From: an uncultured Bacteroidota bacterium
GTDB lineage: Bacteria > Bacteroidota > Ignavibacteria > Kryptoniales > JAKASW01
Direction: 5' to 3'
Assembly (NCBI GenBank): GCA_963703215.1
Contig: OY969800.1
Span: 582,007-646,006, forward strand
DNA length: 64,000 nt
The position numbers and the translations under genes were made by a program. Below the pieces are notes generated by a model. The model did not search any database. It saw only the letters and a program-made list of their open reading frames with translations, and was not told the DNA's origin. Below are positions 20,849 to 29,992 of this stretch, in pieces. Every line of letters starts with the position of its first letter. Positions within the stretch are counted from its first letter, which is position 1.

Positions 20849-20956
20849 TTTTATTAGAATGTTAAATGTTAAACGCTGAATTTCCGATTAAGAATCTTAA
20901 ACGGTTTGTTCGTCCTGACAATTGAGAATTTAGAATTCAAAATTGAGAATTGATTA

Positions 20957-21298
20957 TTATGCGAGCTTCTTCACTGCTTCGTCGACAGACTGGAAAGAAT
21001 CAAAGATTTGGTTGAGTTTCGTGATCTTGAGAAGCTCAAGGACACGCGGACCCGCGTTTGCAATTTTCAAATCTCCACCAGCCTGATGAACTGCATTTAG
21101 GCTGGCTATTAGGATTCCAAGTCCGCTGCTGTTTATATGCTCGACCGATTTCATGTCGACAATAAATCTTTTAGTCCCGCCGTCAATGGATTTGTGGATT
21201 TCGTCGTTCAAAGTCATGGCATCGGGCCCACCGACGATATTGCCTTCCACCTCAAATAAAATTACGCCATTCTTAAGCTCTTTTTGCCGCAACTTCAT
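20957..21298 (-). CDS. STAS-domain anti-sigma-factor antagonist
   Basis: 113 aa, SpoIIAA-like (VDMKSVEHINSSGLGILI). It overlaps the secF 3' end by 26 nt. Confidence 0.75.
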   Translation of the reverse strand: MKLRQKELKNGVILFEVEGNIVGGPDAMTLNDEIHKSIDGGTKRFIVDMKSVEHINSSGLGILIASLNAVHQAGGDLKIANAGPRVLELLKITKLNQIFDSFQSVDEAVKKLA

Positions 21299-22256
21299 AT
21301 CGTTTCTCGATTTCTAATACCGGAGACTGCGCTTGAGTTAAACGCAGATCGACTTTTTTCACGTAGATGTTGTAGTCAACCACAATCGCCGACGCGACAT
21401 AAATTGAAGAATACGTTCCCGTGACCACTCCGATCAACATGGAGAACGCGAACCCTCTCGTCACTTCTCCGCCGAAGATCAGCAGGACAAGAAGCACGGT
21501 GAACGCAGTGCCAGAAGTGATAATGGTGCGACTCAAAGTATCATTGATGCTTCGATTCATTACCCGAATTAGATTTTCACCTTTGTATATTTTTAAATTT
21601 TCCCTGATTCTGTCGAAAATAACAACGGTATCATTCATCGAGTACCCGACCAGCGTTAGGAATGCCGCAACCAATGTCTGGTTGATCTCAAGGTTGAGCC
21701 ATGGTATAAGCCAGCCGAAAATTCCAACGAAGCCAAGCGTTATAAGAACGTCATGGAACAAAGCGAGGACCGCGCCAAGAGCGTAGATGAATTGGAAACG
21801 GAAAGAGACATATATAAGAATTGCAATCAAGACGTAGAAAATTGCCATCACCGCATCGCGTCTCAGTTCCTGACCAATCTTCGGCCCGATATTGTTCCCT
21901 TGAAGAAACTGGATCTGCGTGTTCGGCAAGGAACTCTTCATCTGCTCCAATATCATCTGGGTTGGATCGCCTTTGTCAGTAGCTTTCACGCGGATCAAAA
22001 GTTGATTGGCTGCACCAAACGTTTTGATCTCTGCGTCGCCATAACCGATTTTGTCGAGGGATGAACGGATAGTGCCAATGTTTGGGGACGGGTTGAACTC
22101 AAGGGTCAATTCCGTTCCTCCCTTGAAGTCTATTCCATAATTCAGCCCCCTTATTGCAATCGTAACCAGTCCGAGCAGTATCAACGTCGCTGATACCGTA
22201 TACCACATGTACCGTTTGCCGATAAAGTCGACGTTCGTTCTTGGGAAAAATCGCAT
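21273..22256 (-). CDS. secF: protein translocase subunit SecF
   Basis: 327 aa, polytopic, with GIDFKGGT and a SecD/SecF C-terminal TM bundle. Confidence 0.9.
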   Translation of the reverse strand: MRFFPRTNVDFIGKRYMWYTVSATLILLGLVTIAIRGLNYGIDFKGGTELTLEFNPSPNIGTIRSSLDKIGYGDAEIKTFGAANQLLIRVKATDKGDPTQMILEQMKSSLPNTQIQFLQGNNIGPKIGQELRRDAVMAIFYVLIAILIYVSFRFQFIYALGAVLALFHDVLITLGFVGIFGWLIPWLNLEINQTLVAAFLTLVGYSMNDTVVIFDRIRENLKIYKGENLIRVMNRSINDTLSRTIITSGTAFTVLLVLLIFGGEVTRGFAFSMLIGVVTGTYSSIYVASAIVVDYNIYVKKVDLRLTQAQSPVLEIEKRYEVAAKRA

Positions 22257-22331
22257 CCTTAGATCCTAATTTTGAAGTTTAAATTCTAAATTTTTGAATT
22301 AGAACCATCTGATTCTTAATTCGCAATTAAA

Positions 22332-24245
22332 TTAACCGAAGTTTATGTGGGTCGCACCGCGGTCGACCATGATATCGAAAATTACACGCGAAATCACAAT
22401 TGCACTAAAAAGACTCGACACAATACCGATCATCAGCGTCAATGCGAATCCTTGAACCGGTCCGGTTCCAAACTGGTAAAGTATTGCACCGGTGAAGAAC
22501 GAAATTATGTTCGCATCGAAGATTGCCGAGTAGGCTCTCCTGTATCCTTGATCGATTGCCGCTCGCAAGGTCTTACCTGTAGTGAGCTCTTCCCGGATAC
22601 GTTCATAAATAAGCACGTTGGCGTCAACGGCAACGGCAATCGTCAAAATCATTCCGGCGATTCCTGGCAATGTCAGTGTTGCATGAAAAGCTGCAAGCAC
22701 TCCCAGTATGAACAATATGTTCAGAAGCAATGCAAAATCGGCAGCGGAGCCGCCGGTGCGATAATAGAACAACATAAACAAGACAATGATGCCGAGTCCA
22801 ATCAAACCCGAAGTCACGCCGTTCCTAATAGAATCTTCGCCGAGCGAAGGCCCAACATTTCTTTCCTCGACAATGTCAACTGGAGCCGGAAGTGCGCCGG
22901 CACGAAGCACGATTGCCAGCAGGTTTGCTTCATCAACATTTGCCATCCCTGTGATCGAGGAACTTCCGTTGGGAATTTTGTTCTGCACCACTGGTGCCGA
23001 ATAAACGGCGTTATCCAAAACAATTGCAATACGTTTCTTGATGTTCGCACCGGTAATTCGGGCCCAGTCGCGTGCACCATCCGAGCTCATCGTCATTTCT
23101 ACCTCCGGCTGGCTCGTGTTGGGGTCGATTCTCGTTTGAGCGTTTGTCACGACTCCACCCGTTAGTTCAGGGTCTTTCTTCACCACGAAAAGCTCGTAAT
23201 ATTTCTGACTATTAGCTGTACCAAATGGTTTTGCTCCGAACAAAAATTGAAAATCACTTGGGATGACTCTCTTAACATCTTCGCGCTCAAGCAATCGCAT
23301 CAACCTGTCTCGATCTTTTTCAAACACAGCAAAGTCTTCTGTATTCGGAATCTGCTGAACCATCGCGAAGAAAGGATGCTTCTTCTCAAATTGTGCCACG
23401 GAATTGCTCGAATCTGACGAAGCGCTGTCGGCGGGAGTAGCAAGCGTATCTGACCTTCCCGCAAGAATATTATCAATAGCTTGATACACTTTTATCACGA
23501 CATCCATGGGTTTAAGAAGCTTGAACTCAAGGAGTGCGGTGTTTTGAAGGAGCTGCGTTACTTCGGATTCGTTGCTGACGCCCGGAAGTTCAACGATAAA
23601 TCTTGCACTCCCCTGCTTTTGGATCGAAGGTTCAGATACGCCATACTGGTCAACACGATTCCTTACTATCTCCATGGCCCTATCAACCGCCGTCCTTGTC
23701 TGATCTCGAAGATAAGACATGACTTTGCTGTTGTCGTCACGGATGTCTCCGTAGTAGCGACTGAGCCGTATACCTCGCTGATTGAACTGTTGCTGCAACA
23801 CGTCTAATGGATCAGCATCGGTTTGCTTTACTTGTGCCACAACCTGTTGCATGATCTGTTCAAATGCCTGGTCTTTGTTCTTCGCCATGTCATCGAGCAT
23901 CTTGACTATATTGACTTCAAGGACGATGTGCATTCCACCTTGAAGATCTAGACCTAATTTTATCCTTTTCAGTTTCGCATCAACAATACCTTTCGCATTG
24001 GCATCGTAGTATTGGAGACTGTCCGCTGAAAAGGCAGATCTCAAACTGTCCAGATACGTCTGTTTCAAAGAGTCTGCCATCTGAGGGAGCGGATGTGAAT
24101 TTAGGTAATCGACGTACTTGACCTGGCCTGAAAACTCGGTCAATTTCTTCTGATAAGATGCGCTCTCGTAAGTCGGATAGAGATAATAGAGCGCAAGTGC
24201 AATTGCGGCAACAATTAAGATTATTCTGAAACGATTCTTGCGCAA
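22332..24245 (-). CDS. secD: protein translocase subunit SecD
   Basis: 637 aa with LGLDLQGGMH and a periplasmic P1 domain. The TTG start is preceded by GGAGGA at a 5-nt spacing. Confidence 0.92.
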   Translation of the reverse strand: MRKNRFRIILIVAAIALALYYLYPTYESASYQKKLTEFSGQVKYVDYLNSHPLPQMADSLKQTYLDSLRSAFSADSLQYYDANAKGIVDAKLKRIKLGLDLQGGMHIVLEVNIVKMLDDMAKNKDQAFEQIMQQVVAQVKQTDADPLDVLQQQFNQRGIRLSRYYGDIRDDNSKVMSYLRDQTRTAVDRAMEIVRNRVDQYGVSEPSIQKQGSARFIVELPGVSNESEVTQLLQNTALLEFKLLKPMDVVIKVYQAIDNILAGRSDTLATPADSASSDSSNSVAQFEKKHPFFAMVQQIPNTEDFAVFEKDRDRLMRLLEREDVKRVIPSDFQFLFGAKPFGTANSQKYYELFVVKKDPELTGGVVTNAQTRIDPNTSQPEVEMTMSSDGARDWARITGANIKKRIAIVLDNAVYSAPVVQNKIPNGSSSITGMANVDEANLLAIVLRAGALPAPVDIVEERNVGPSLGEDSIRNGVTSGLIGLGIIVLFMLFYYRTGGSAADFALLLNILFILGVLAAFHATLTLPGIAGMILTIAVAVDANVLIYERIREELTTGKTLRAAIDQGYRRAYSAIFDANIISFFTGAILYQFGTGPVQGFALTLMIGIVSSLFSAIVISRVIFDIMVDRGATHINFG

Positions 24246-24287
24246 AAAATTCCTCCGGAATTTGAAATTGCAAAAAAAACCGCAGTC

Positions 24288-24316
24288 AATATATCAACCA
24301 GCGGAGTGAAAATCAA
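24288..24316 (-). promoter_or_regulatory. candidate sigma70-type promoter for secDF (TTGATT-N17-TATATT)
   Basis: The minus strand reads TTGATTttcactccgctggttgaTATATT, ending about 40 nt upstream of the secD TTG. Confidence 0.35.
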
Positions 24317-24627
24317 TTTACAGCAAGAGGAAAAGAGATCGACGAGTTCTGACAAGGAAGTACAAGATCATCGCCCCTGACACCACCTTCGCCTGCATTG
24401 TACCACGTTTCCTATGAGTCGCCGAATTTGTCGGCAATCAATATCCACCGGGACCGCAAAGAAGTCCAACAGAAACAACTGCAAGCCAACTCACGCGTAG
24501 TCTTTACGTGACAAACTAAACTAATCACCGCCACTGCCTTTGAACAAGGCATGGTTCACATCTAGATTTGTTGAGACCATTGACCCCGGGAAAAAAGTGT
24601 GTCTTCTAACACTCGTGACAAAAGAGT

Positions 24628-24654
24628 CGGCAAGCAGCGGTTAGCTGCTTGCCG
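24628..24654 (-). terminator. Rho-independent terminator after the RRM-protein gene
   Basis: An 11-bp stem (CGGCAAGCAGC / GCTGCTTGCCG) with a 5-nt loop is followed on the minus strand by ACTCTTTTGTC. Confidence 0.6.
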
Positions 24655-24662
24655 TTAACAAA

Positions 24663-24998
24663 TCAAAACCTGCGACGGCCTCCGCCGCCACCGCCAGGAC
24701 CGCTTCGTCTTGGTCCGCCTCGTCCGCCACCACCACCGCCACCTCGACGGTCATCGGTTCGCGGTCGAGCCTCATTGACATTCAAAGCTCTCCCCTTCAA
24801 TTCCTTGCCGTTGAGACTGCCTATGGCAGCAGTCGCCTCTTCCTTCACCGGCATCTCCACGAACGCAAAGCCGCGGTATTCTCCGGTGAACTTATCTTTA
24901 ATAATGTTGACGGTTGAAACCTGTCCGAATGCCGCAAATGCTTCGCGCAACTCCTCCTCGCTCAGGTCCTTCGAAATGTTTCCTACGTAAATGTTCAT
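24663..24998 (-). CDS. RRM-type RNA-binding protein with a Gly/Arg-rich tail
   Basis: 111 aa with RNP2 (IYVGNI), RNP1 (RGFAFVEM) and a C-terminal [15 protein letters not shown]. Confidence 0.9.
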   Translation of the reverse strand: MNIYVGNISKDLSEEELREAFAAFGQVSTVNIIKDKFTGEYRGFAFVEMPVKEEATAAIGSLNGKELKGRALNVNEARPRTDDRRGGGGGGGRGGPRRSGPGGGGGGRRRF

Positions 24999-25250
24999 TA
25001 CTGCTCCTCAATTATTAAAAGCGATGTTCCTGGTCTTCCTATCTGACCGGAACTTTATGTTAATCTTACGCAATTTACAATCCATTTCCAAACCATCATA
25101 GCACAAAATTGCGATCGAAGTCAAACCCGTCCAGCCGATGAAGTTTATTGAATGGTATTGGCATTCAACCCCCTTGTCAAAACCATGGACAAGAGACCAC
25201 GAAGATGTAATATTTAGTGTATTTAACGCAATTTCAGGTTAAATTTTGAT

Positions 25251-26033
25251 ATGAGAGCCAAACCACACATTCTAATTTCCAACGACGATGGTATTGATGC
25301 GCCTGGACTTTACATTCTTTCAAAGCGGCTAAGAAAATTTGCACAAGTTTCGATAGTTGCACCGAGCATACAGCAAAGTGCCGTGGGGCACGCGATAACG
25401 GTCCGTACTCCGTTGAGGGCGCACGAGTTCAGGCGCGACGGTAAACTCTTCGGATACGCAGTGGATGGCACACCTGCTGACTCAGTTAAATTAGCAATCC
25501 GATCTCTTCTCAAAACGAAACCCGATATAGTCGTTTCAGGAATAAACGACGGGCTCAATACCGCAGTAAATGTTATCTATTCGGGAACGGTTAGCGCAGC
25601 GACCGAGGGAACAATACTCGGTATTCCATCAATCGCAGTTTCAATTGAGTACACACAAAAGCCGGACTTCGAACCCGCCGCAAAGATCGCTTCGATGATC
25701 GCAAAGTTTGTTTGCAGACATGGCATGCCAAAAGATACCATCTTAAACATAAACGTACCTGCGATTCCCGAGGACAAGATCAAAGGAATAAAGTTTACCC
25801 GGCAGGGACGCTCAAGATGGGACGATAAGTTTTATCTTCGGAAGGATCCTAAAAACAGGGATTACTATTGGCTCGCTGGAGACATGCAGATCATGGATCG
25901 CGACGACGACGTTGATCAAGTCGCTCTCAAGTCTGGATATGTCTCGGTGACTCCGATCCACTTCGATCTGACACATTATGAGTTTTTGGAAAAAATTCAG
26001 CGAGAATGGGACGGGAAATTCAAGATTAGGTAG
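25251..26033 (+). CDS. surE: 5'/3'-nucleotidase SurE
   Basis: 260 aa with ILISNDDGIDAPG and YSGTVSAA. Confidence 0.92.
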   Translation: MRAKPHILISNDDGIDAPGLYILSKRLRKFAQVSIVAPSIQQSAVGHAITVRTPLRAHEFRRDGKLFGYAVDGTPADSVKLAIRSLLKTKPDIVVSGINDGLNTAVNVIYSGTVSAATEGTILGIPSIAVSIEYTQKPDFEPAAKIASMIAKFVCRHGMPKDTILNINVPAIPEDKIKGIKFTRQGRSRWDDKFYLRKDPKNRDYYWLAGDMQIMDRDDDVDQVALKSGYVSVTPIHFDLTHYEFLEKIQREWDGKFKIR

Positions 26034-26086
26034 AAAAAAATTCCGGATCGCGCTTTAAAGTCTATTTCACTCTACAAAGCAAACAT

Positions 26087-26491
26087 CTACGGAACGATTC
26101 TTATTTCGTGAGTGACGTTCGCATTCAGGGAACCAGATACCGAGCAGTACTTCTCTCGAGAAAGGGACACAGCCTGCTCCGCATCTATTCGTTCCACATC
26201 GCCATGAATTATATACGTAAGGTGAATATTGGTGAATCTTTTCGGATACTCTTCCGATCTTTCCGAAGTTACTTCGATCTCAAGTTTTTTCATTCCCGCA
26301 CGTTTCTTCTTGAGAATATTTTCTACGTCTATAGCCGTGCATCCTGCGAGCGCGATTAGCACCAGCTCCATGGGGCGTGTGCCAGCATTGTGTCCGCCGT
26401 CTTTTTCAGCAGCATCGATTGTTACCCAATGATTCGATTCACCCTTGCCTACGTAGGTGTTGCCTTCCACCTGTTTCAATTCAACTTTCAT
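26087..26491 (-). CDS. OsmC-family peroxiredoxin-like protein
   Basis: 134 aa with two conserved Cys contexts (LAGCTAID, KYCSVS). Confidence 0.8.
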   Translation of the reverse strand: MKVELKQVEGNTYVGKGESNHWVTIDAAEKDGGHNAGTRPMELVLIALAGCTAIDVENILKKKRAGMKKLEIEVTSERSEEYPKRFTNIHLTYIIHGDVERIDAEQAVSLSREKYCSVSGSLNANVTHEIRIVP

Positions 26492-27087
26492 TTTTCCGCC
26501 AGTAATTGTTTTAGTAGATTCTCAAAAACGGATGCCTGCCGATAACCCTCAAAAGCTCCGCGGACATATCCTTTTTTGTCTATGACAAAAGTCGTAGGTA
26601 TTCCTCTAATTCCACCGTAAGCGGAAACGACTTCTTCAGTACCAAAGACAACTGGATAATTCATCCCATGGTCTTTCATGAAGGGCACGACGTTTTTCGC
26701 TCCGCCTTCGTCCAATGAAACTCCCAACATCTGGAAGCCATCGTTCTTATACTCCGAATAAAGTTTGACAAAATCCGGAATCTCGGCTTTGCATGGTGGG
26801 CACCATGTTGCCCAGAAATCAACGATGACAACTTTTCCTCGAAAATCCGAAAGTCTAATTTGCTTCCCGTTGGTAGAAGACAGAGTAAAATCAGGCGCAA
26901 CGGTTTTATCGCCTGACGTTTCTACCGCGGCCGATTCCGGTGGCAAGGCTGCCGCGGACGCAAAAGCGAGACCAGAATCATTCGATTTCTTTAGATACAC
27001 GGTGCCCACAATCAAAGCTACAACTGCTAACACGATCAAATGAAAATTCTTTTCCATAAATCCCTTTTGTTTTACCATGTGCACCAT
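26488..27087 (-). CDS. TlpA/ResA-like thiol:disulfide oxidoreductase
   Basis: 199 aa with a signal anchor and WATWCPPC. Confidence 0.85.
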   Translation of the reverse strand: MVHMVKQKGFMEKNFHLIVLAVVALIVGTVYLKKSNDSGLAFASAAALPPESAAVETSGDKTVAPDFTLSSTNGKQIRLSDFRGKVVIVDFWATWCPPCKAEIPDFVKLYSEYKNDGFQMLGVSLDEGGAKNVVPFMKDHGMNYPVVFGTEEVVSAYGGIRGIPTTFVIDKKGYVRGAFEGYRQASVFENLLKQLLAEK

Positions 27088-27088
27088 T

Positions 27089-27193
27089 TTACTTTACCTC
27101 ATCTATGATTTTCTTAATGACTTCTCCGACATTGCCCGGGACCGAAACAACTTCGGCGGTCGAAAAGAATTCGGATAACAACGTTGGTTTCAT
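27089..27193 (-). CDS. hypothetical 34-aa ORF translationally coupled to the tlpA-like gene
   Basis: My own translation is MKPTLLSEFFSTAEVVSVPGNVGEVIKKIIDEVK. Its TAA is separated by 1 nt from the tlpA-like ATG. It may be a relic of a thioredoxin-fold gene. Confidence 0.25.
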   Translation of the reverse strand: MKPTLLSEFFSTAEVVSVPGNVGEVIKKIIDEVK

Positions 27194-27385
27194 ACCTGTG
27201 GGAAATATTTAGCCGTTCCTTTCACACGCATTTATCTTTTACCGTCCTTTAAACACATGTGCAGAAAGCACCTTGAACTATTTTCCGAGATTCCCTTCTG
27301 CACATCTTCCACAAGCTCATCAAATCCTTGCGTGCATTCAACAATCTATCACAACTCCTGAGTTTCTGTTTTTTCCACATTCTAC

Positions 27386-27955
27386 CTAAGTCTTTTTTGC
27401 CAGAACGGCATAATACCTTGAGTTGAGAATGAGAGATTTCGTCGCCATCAAGTTACTCTTGCCGCAGAAGGTCTTTACTTCCTCAGGATTTAGCCTTTCA
27501 TGGGCCGGTGGTCCGGCGCGAAACGAATCTTTCCGCCAATCAATAATCAAAAGGGTCGCGTCCGGCTTCATGATTCTCCTGATCTCCTTGAGAAATTTCA
27601 CAGGATCATTTTCGTGGATTATTGCACTAGCTATGACAAAGTCAACACTTCCTGAATCAATTTTAAATTTATAACCGTTGGGACTGTGAACCAGCTCGAT
27701 GTTCGAAGGAAATTTTTTTCTTCTCAAAATGTTGAGCATTTCTTTAGACGCGTCAACACCGAAGACCGCGGCCTCTGGGCCTGCGATGCGCGCGGCGGGA
27801 ATCAAAAAGTATCCTGAACCCGCACCAATATCCGCTACGACCATCCCCTTCTTCAATCCAAACTTTTTCAGAGTCGATGTTGGAGGTAAAATTCGTCGCC
27901 TGTACGAGGAGTTAAGTCTCTTGTGATGCTTCGCTTCAAACCTGTGTCCGTGCAT
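27386..27955 (-). CDS. class I SAM-dependent methyltransferase
   Basis: 189 aa with motif I, VADIGAGSGYF. Confidence 0.8.
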   Translation of the reverse strand: MHGHRFEAKHHKRLNSSYRRRILPPTSTLKKFGLKKGMVVADIGAGSGYFLIPAARIAGPEAAVFGVDASKEMLNILRRKKFPSNIELVHSPNGYKFKIDSGSVDFVIASAIIHENDPVKFLKEIRRIMKPDATLLIIDWRKDSFRAGPPAHERLNPEEVKTFCGKSNLMATKSLILNSRYYAVLAKKT

Positions 27956-27973
27956 TTCCTAATGCTGGCCTTC

Positions 27974-28306
27974 TTAAATCGCTTCTATCGCTTTTGAGAC
28001 TTTCTCAACGATGACTTTCTTTGGAACCGCACCAATAATCCTGTCAATCATCTCTCCGCCGCGGAAGAATCCAAGCGTCGGAATGCTGAGGATATTATAC
28101 TTTATTGCAATATCCATATTTTCGTCAGTGTTAACTTTAAAGACTTTCAACTTGCCGTCATATTCTTTGGCTACCTCTTCCACAAGAGGAGCAACCATTC
28201 TGCATGGCCCGCACCATGGAGCCCAAAAATCGACTAGAACTGGCGTGGCCGAATCCAGAACTTCCGTCTTAAAACTTGTGGTCGATGTTTCTAGTATATT
28301 TGACAT
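27974..28306 (-). CDS. trxA: thioredoxin
   Basis: 110 aa with WAPWCGPC. Confidence 0.95.
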   Translation of the reverse strand: MSNILETSTTSFKTEVLDSATPVLVDFWAPWCGPCRMVAPLVEEVAKEYDGKLKVFKVNTDENMDIAIKYNILSIPTLGFFRGGEMIDRIIGAVPKKVIVEKVSKAIEAI

Positions 28307-28382
28307 TTTTCCAACCTTTCTATAGATATTCCGTTTTCGATTGGTTTGATGCAGTTATTCATAAAGAGTTTCAGAATCAAAA

Positions 28383-28400
28383 AAGCTTGAGTGGAAGCTT
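28383..28400 (-). terminator. weak hairpin plus T-run downstream of pepA
   Basis: AAGCTT-gagtgg-AAGCTT is followed on the minus strand by TTTTTTGATT. The stem is short and AT-rich. Confidence 0.3.
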
Positions 28401-28473
28401 AACTTTCCGGACACAAATTATGTGAATGAGATTTGCAAAGGAAGATCTGATTCGATTCGTATCAAATTTCTTT

Positions 28474-29981
28474 TTACAACGCAACCTGCTTGAAGAATTG
28501 CGTCAGTAGTCTGACGCCGACGCCGGATCCGCCCTTCGGCGAGTATTCGGTTGCCTCATCGAGCATCGCGGTACCGGCAATATCAAGATGCACCCAGGGA
28601 TAATCTCCGACGAACTTCTTCAGGAACAAAGCGGCAGTAATCGCTCCCGCCCAGCGGCCGCCGACATTTTTCACATCCGCGATATCACTCTTGATTTGCT
28701 TTTCGTATTCTTCGAAGATCGGCAATTGCCAGACTCGTTCGTAGGTTTTTTCGCCGGCATCTTTGAGTTGTGCCATTACTTCTTCGCTTGTTCCGAACAT
28801 TCCTGTCGCATGCATTCCAAGCGCAACGACAACAGCTCCTGTCAAAGTCGCGAGATCGATTATCGCCTTCGGACGATATCTTTGTGCATAGTAAAGACCA
28901 TCCGACAGAATTATTCTACCTTCGGCGTCGGTATTGTCGACCTCGATCGTAATTCCAGACATCGTGGTCACAACATCACCCGGTTTATATGCTGACCCGC
29001 TCGGCAGGTTTTCCGTACATGGAGCAATCCCCGCAACATTGACCGGTATCTTCAGTGCCGCGACTGCTTGCATCGTGCCAATGACAGCCGCCGCTCCAGC
29101 CATATCCATCTTCATCTCACTCATCCCGGCCGATGGCTTAATCGAAATACCGCCGCTGTCAAAGGTAATTCCTTTTCCGACAATCGCGTACCAGTCTCTG
29201 GTTTTCGGATTGCCTTTATATTCCAGCGTGATAAAACGTGGCGGTCTGGCACTCCCCGAGTTGACTGCAAGGAGACCGCCCATCTTCAGTTTACGAATCT
29301 GCTTTTCATCGAGGATTCTTGCCTGAATATTATATTTCTTGGCCATGCTTGATGCGGTTTGAGCAAGCACTTCGGGATAAACTTCGTTTGCTGGCGCATT
29401 AGACAAGTCTCGAGTCAGGTAAACCGCATCACAAAGAATGTCCGCATCATGGACTGCTTTCTTTCCAATTGTTGAATCAACTGTTTCCAGAGCAACCATG
29501 ACGGTCTCAACTTCGGCTTTCTCTTTTTCCTGAGTCAAGTATTTGTCGAATCTATAATGACCCAGCTTAACTCCTTCAACAATGGAATGAGCCGTTTCAT
29601 AATCGCTTAGTTGCTCAACTGTCGACTCAAGCGTCGAGATCACAACGGATTTTGCTTTGGCCAATCTTGCAGCTTTTATGCTTCCTGCAGCTGCACGTCT
29701 GATCTTTTCATTTGTCAACTGAGACTTATCGCCAACACCGATCAGGAAAACCACTCGGTGAGCTCCAACCGAATATATCGTAAGTTCCTGTTTCTTGTCT
29801 CCCTCGAAGTTGCCGGCTTTGAGTGCTGCTTCGACTTGCCTTTTGTGTTCTCCAAAGAGGCGTGAGACTTTTTCGTGATGCCCTCCTTTTCCGGCTCCAG
29901 GTCGTCTTTAGTAAGCAAAAGAACAAGGGCATCCGATTTCACTTCACCGGCCTTCTTTTCAACAAATTCAACTTTCATCAT
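28474..29981 (-). pseudogene. pepA: leucyl aminopeptidase (M17), reading frame broken once near 29869-29873
   Basis: The main ORF carries NTDAEGRIILSD. The N-terminal 45 or so codons (MKVEFVEKKAGEVKSDALVLLL...) are in another frame. Adding one A to the A5 run fuses them (...EGITKKVSRLFGEHKRQVEAAL...). This may be a sequencing error rather than a true pseudogene. Confidence 0.85.
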
Positions 29982-29992
29982 TCCTCCAGATG

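Noticed and set aside
22347-23165. 272-aa plus-strand ORF.
   Set aside because: It is antisense to secD. The translation is Cys/His/Arg-rich junk.
24246-24627. I searched the long secD-upstream spacer for RNase P (GAGGAAAGUCC), tmRNA (tRNA-like 3' end with CCA), SRP RNA and 6S-like features.
   Set aside because: None of the signature motifs is present on either strand. The region is reported only as unexplained.
24649-24990. 113-aa proline-rich plus-strand ORF ([22 protein letters not shown]).
   Set aside because: It is a mirror image of the Gly/Arg-rich tail of the RRM protein on the other strand, and the RRM motifs validate the minus-strand frame.
29866-29874. Programmed -1 ribosomal frameshift in pepA at cgAAAAAg.
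   Set aside because: The site is not a full X XXY YYZ slippery heptamer. No downstream structure was noticed, there is no biological precedent for pepA, and five other indel-type breaks in the window point to sequence error.
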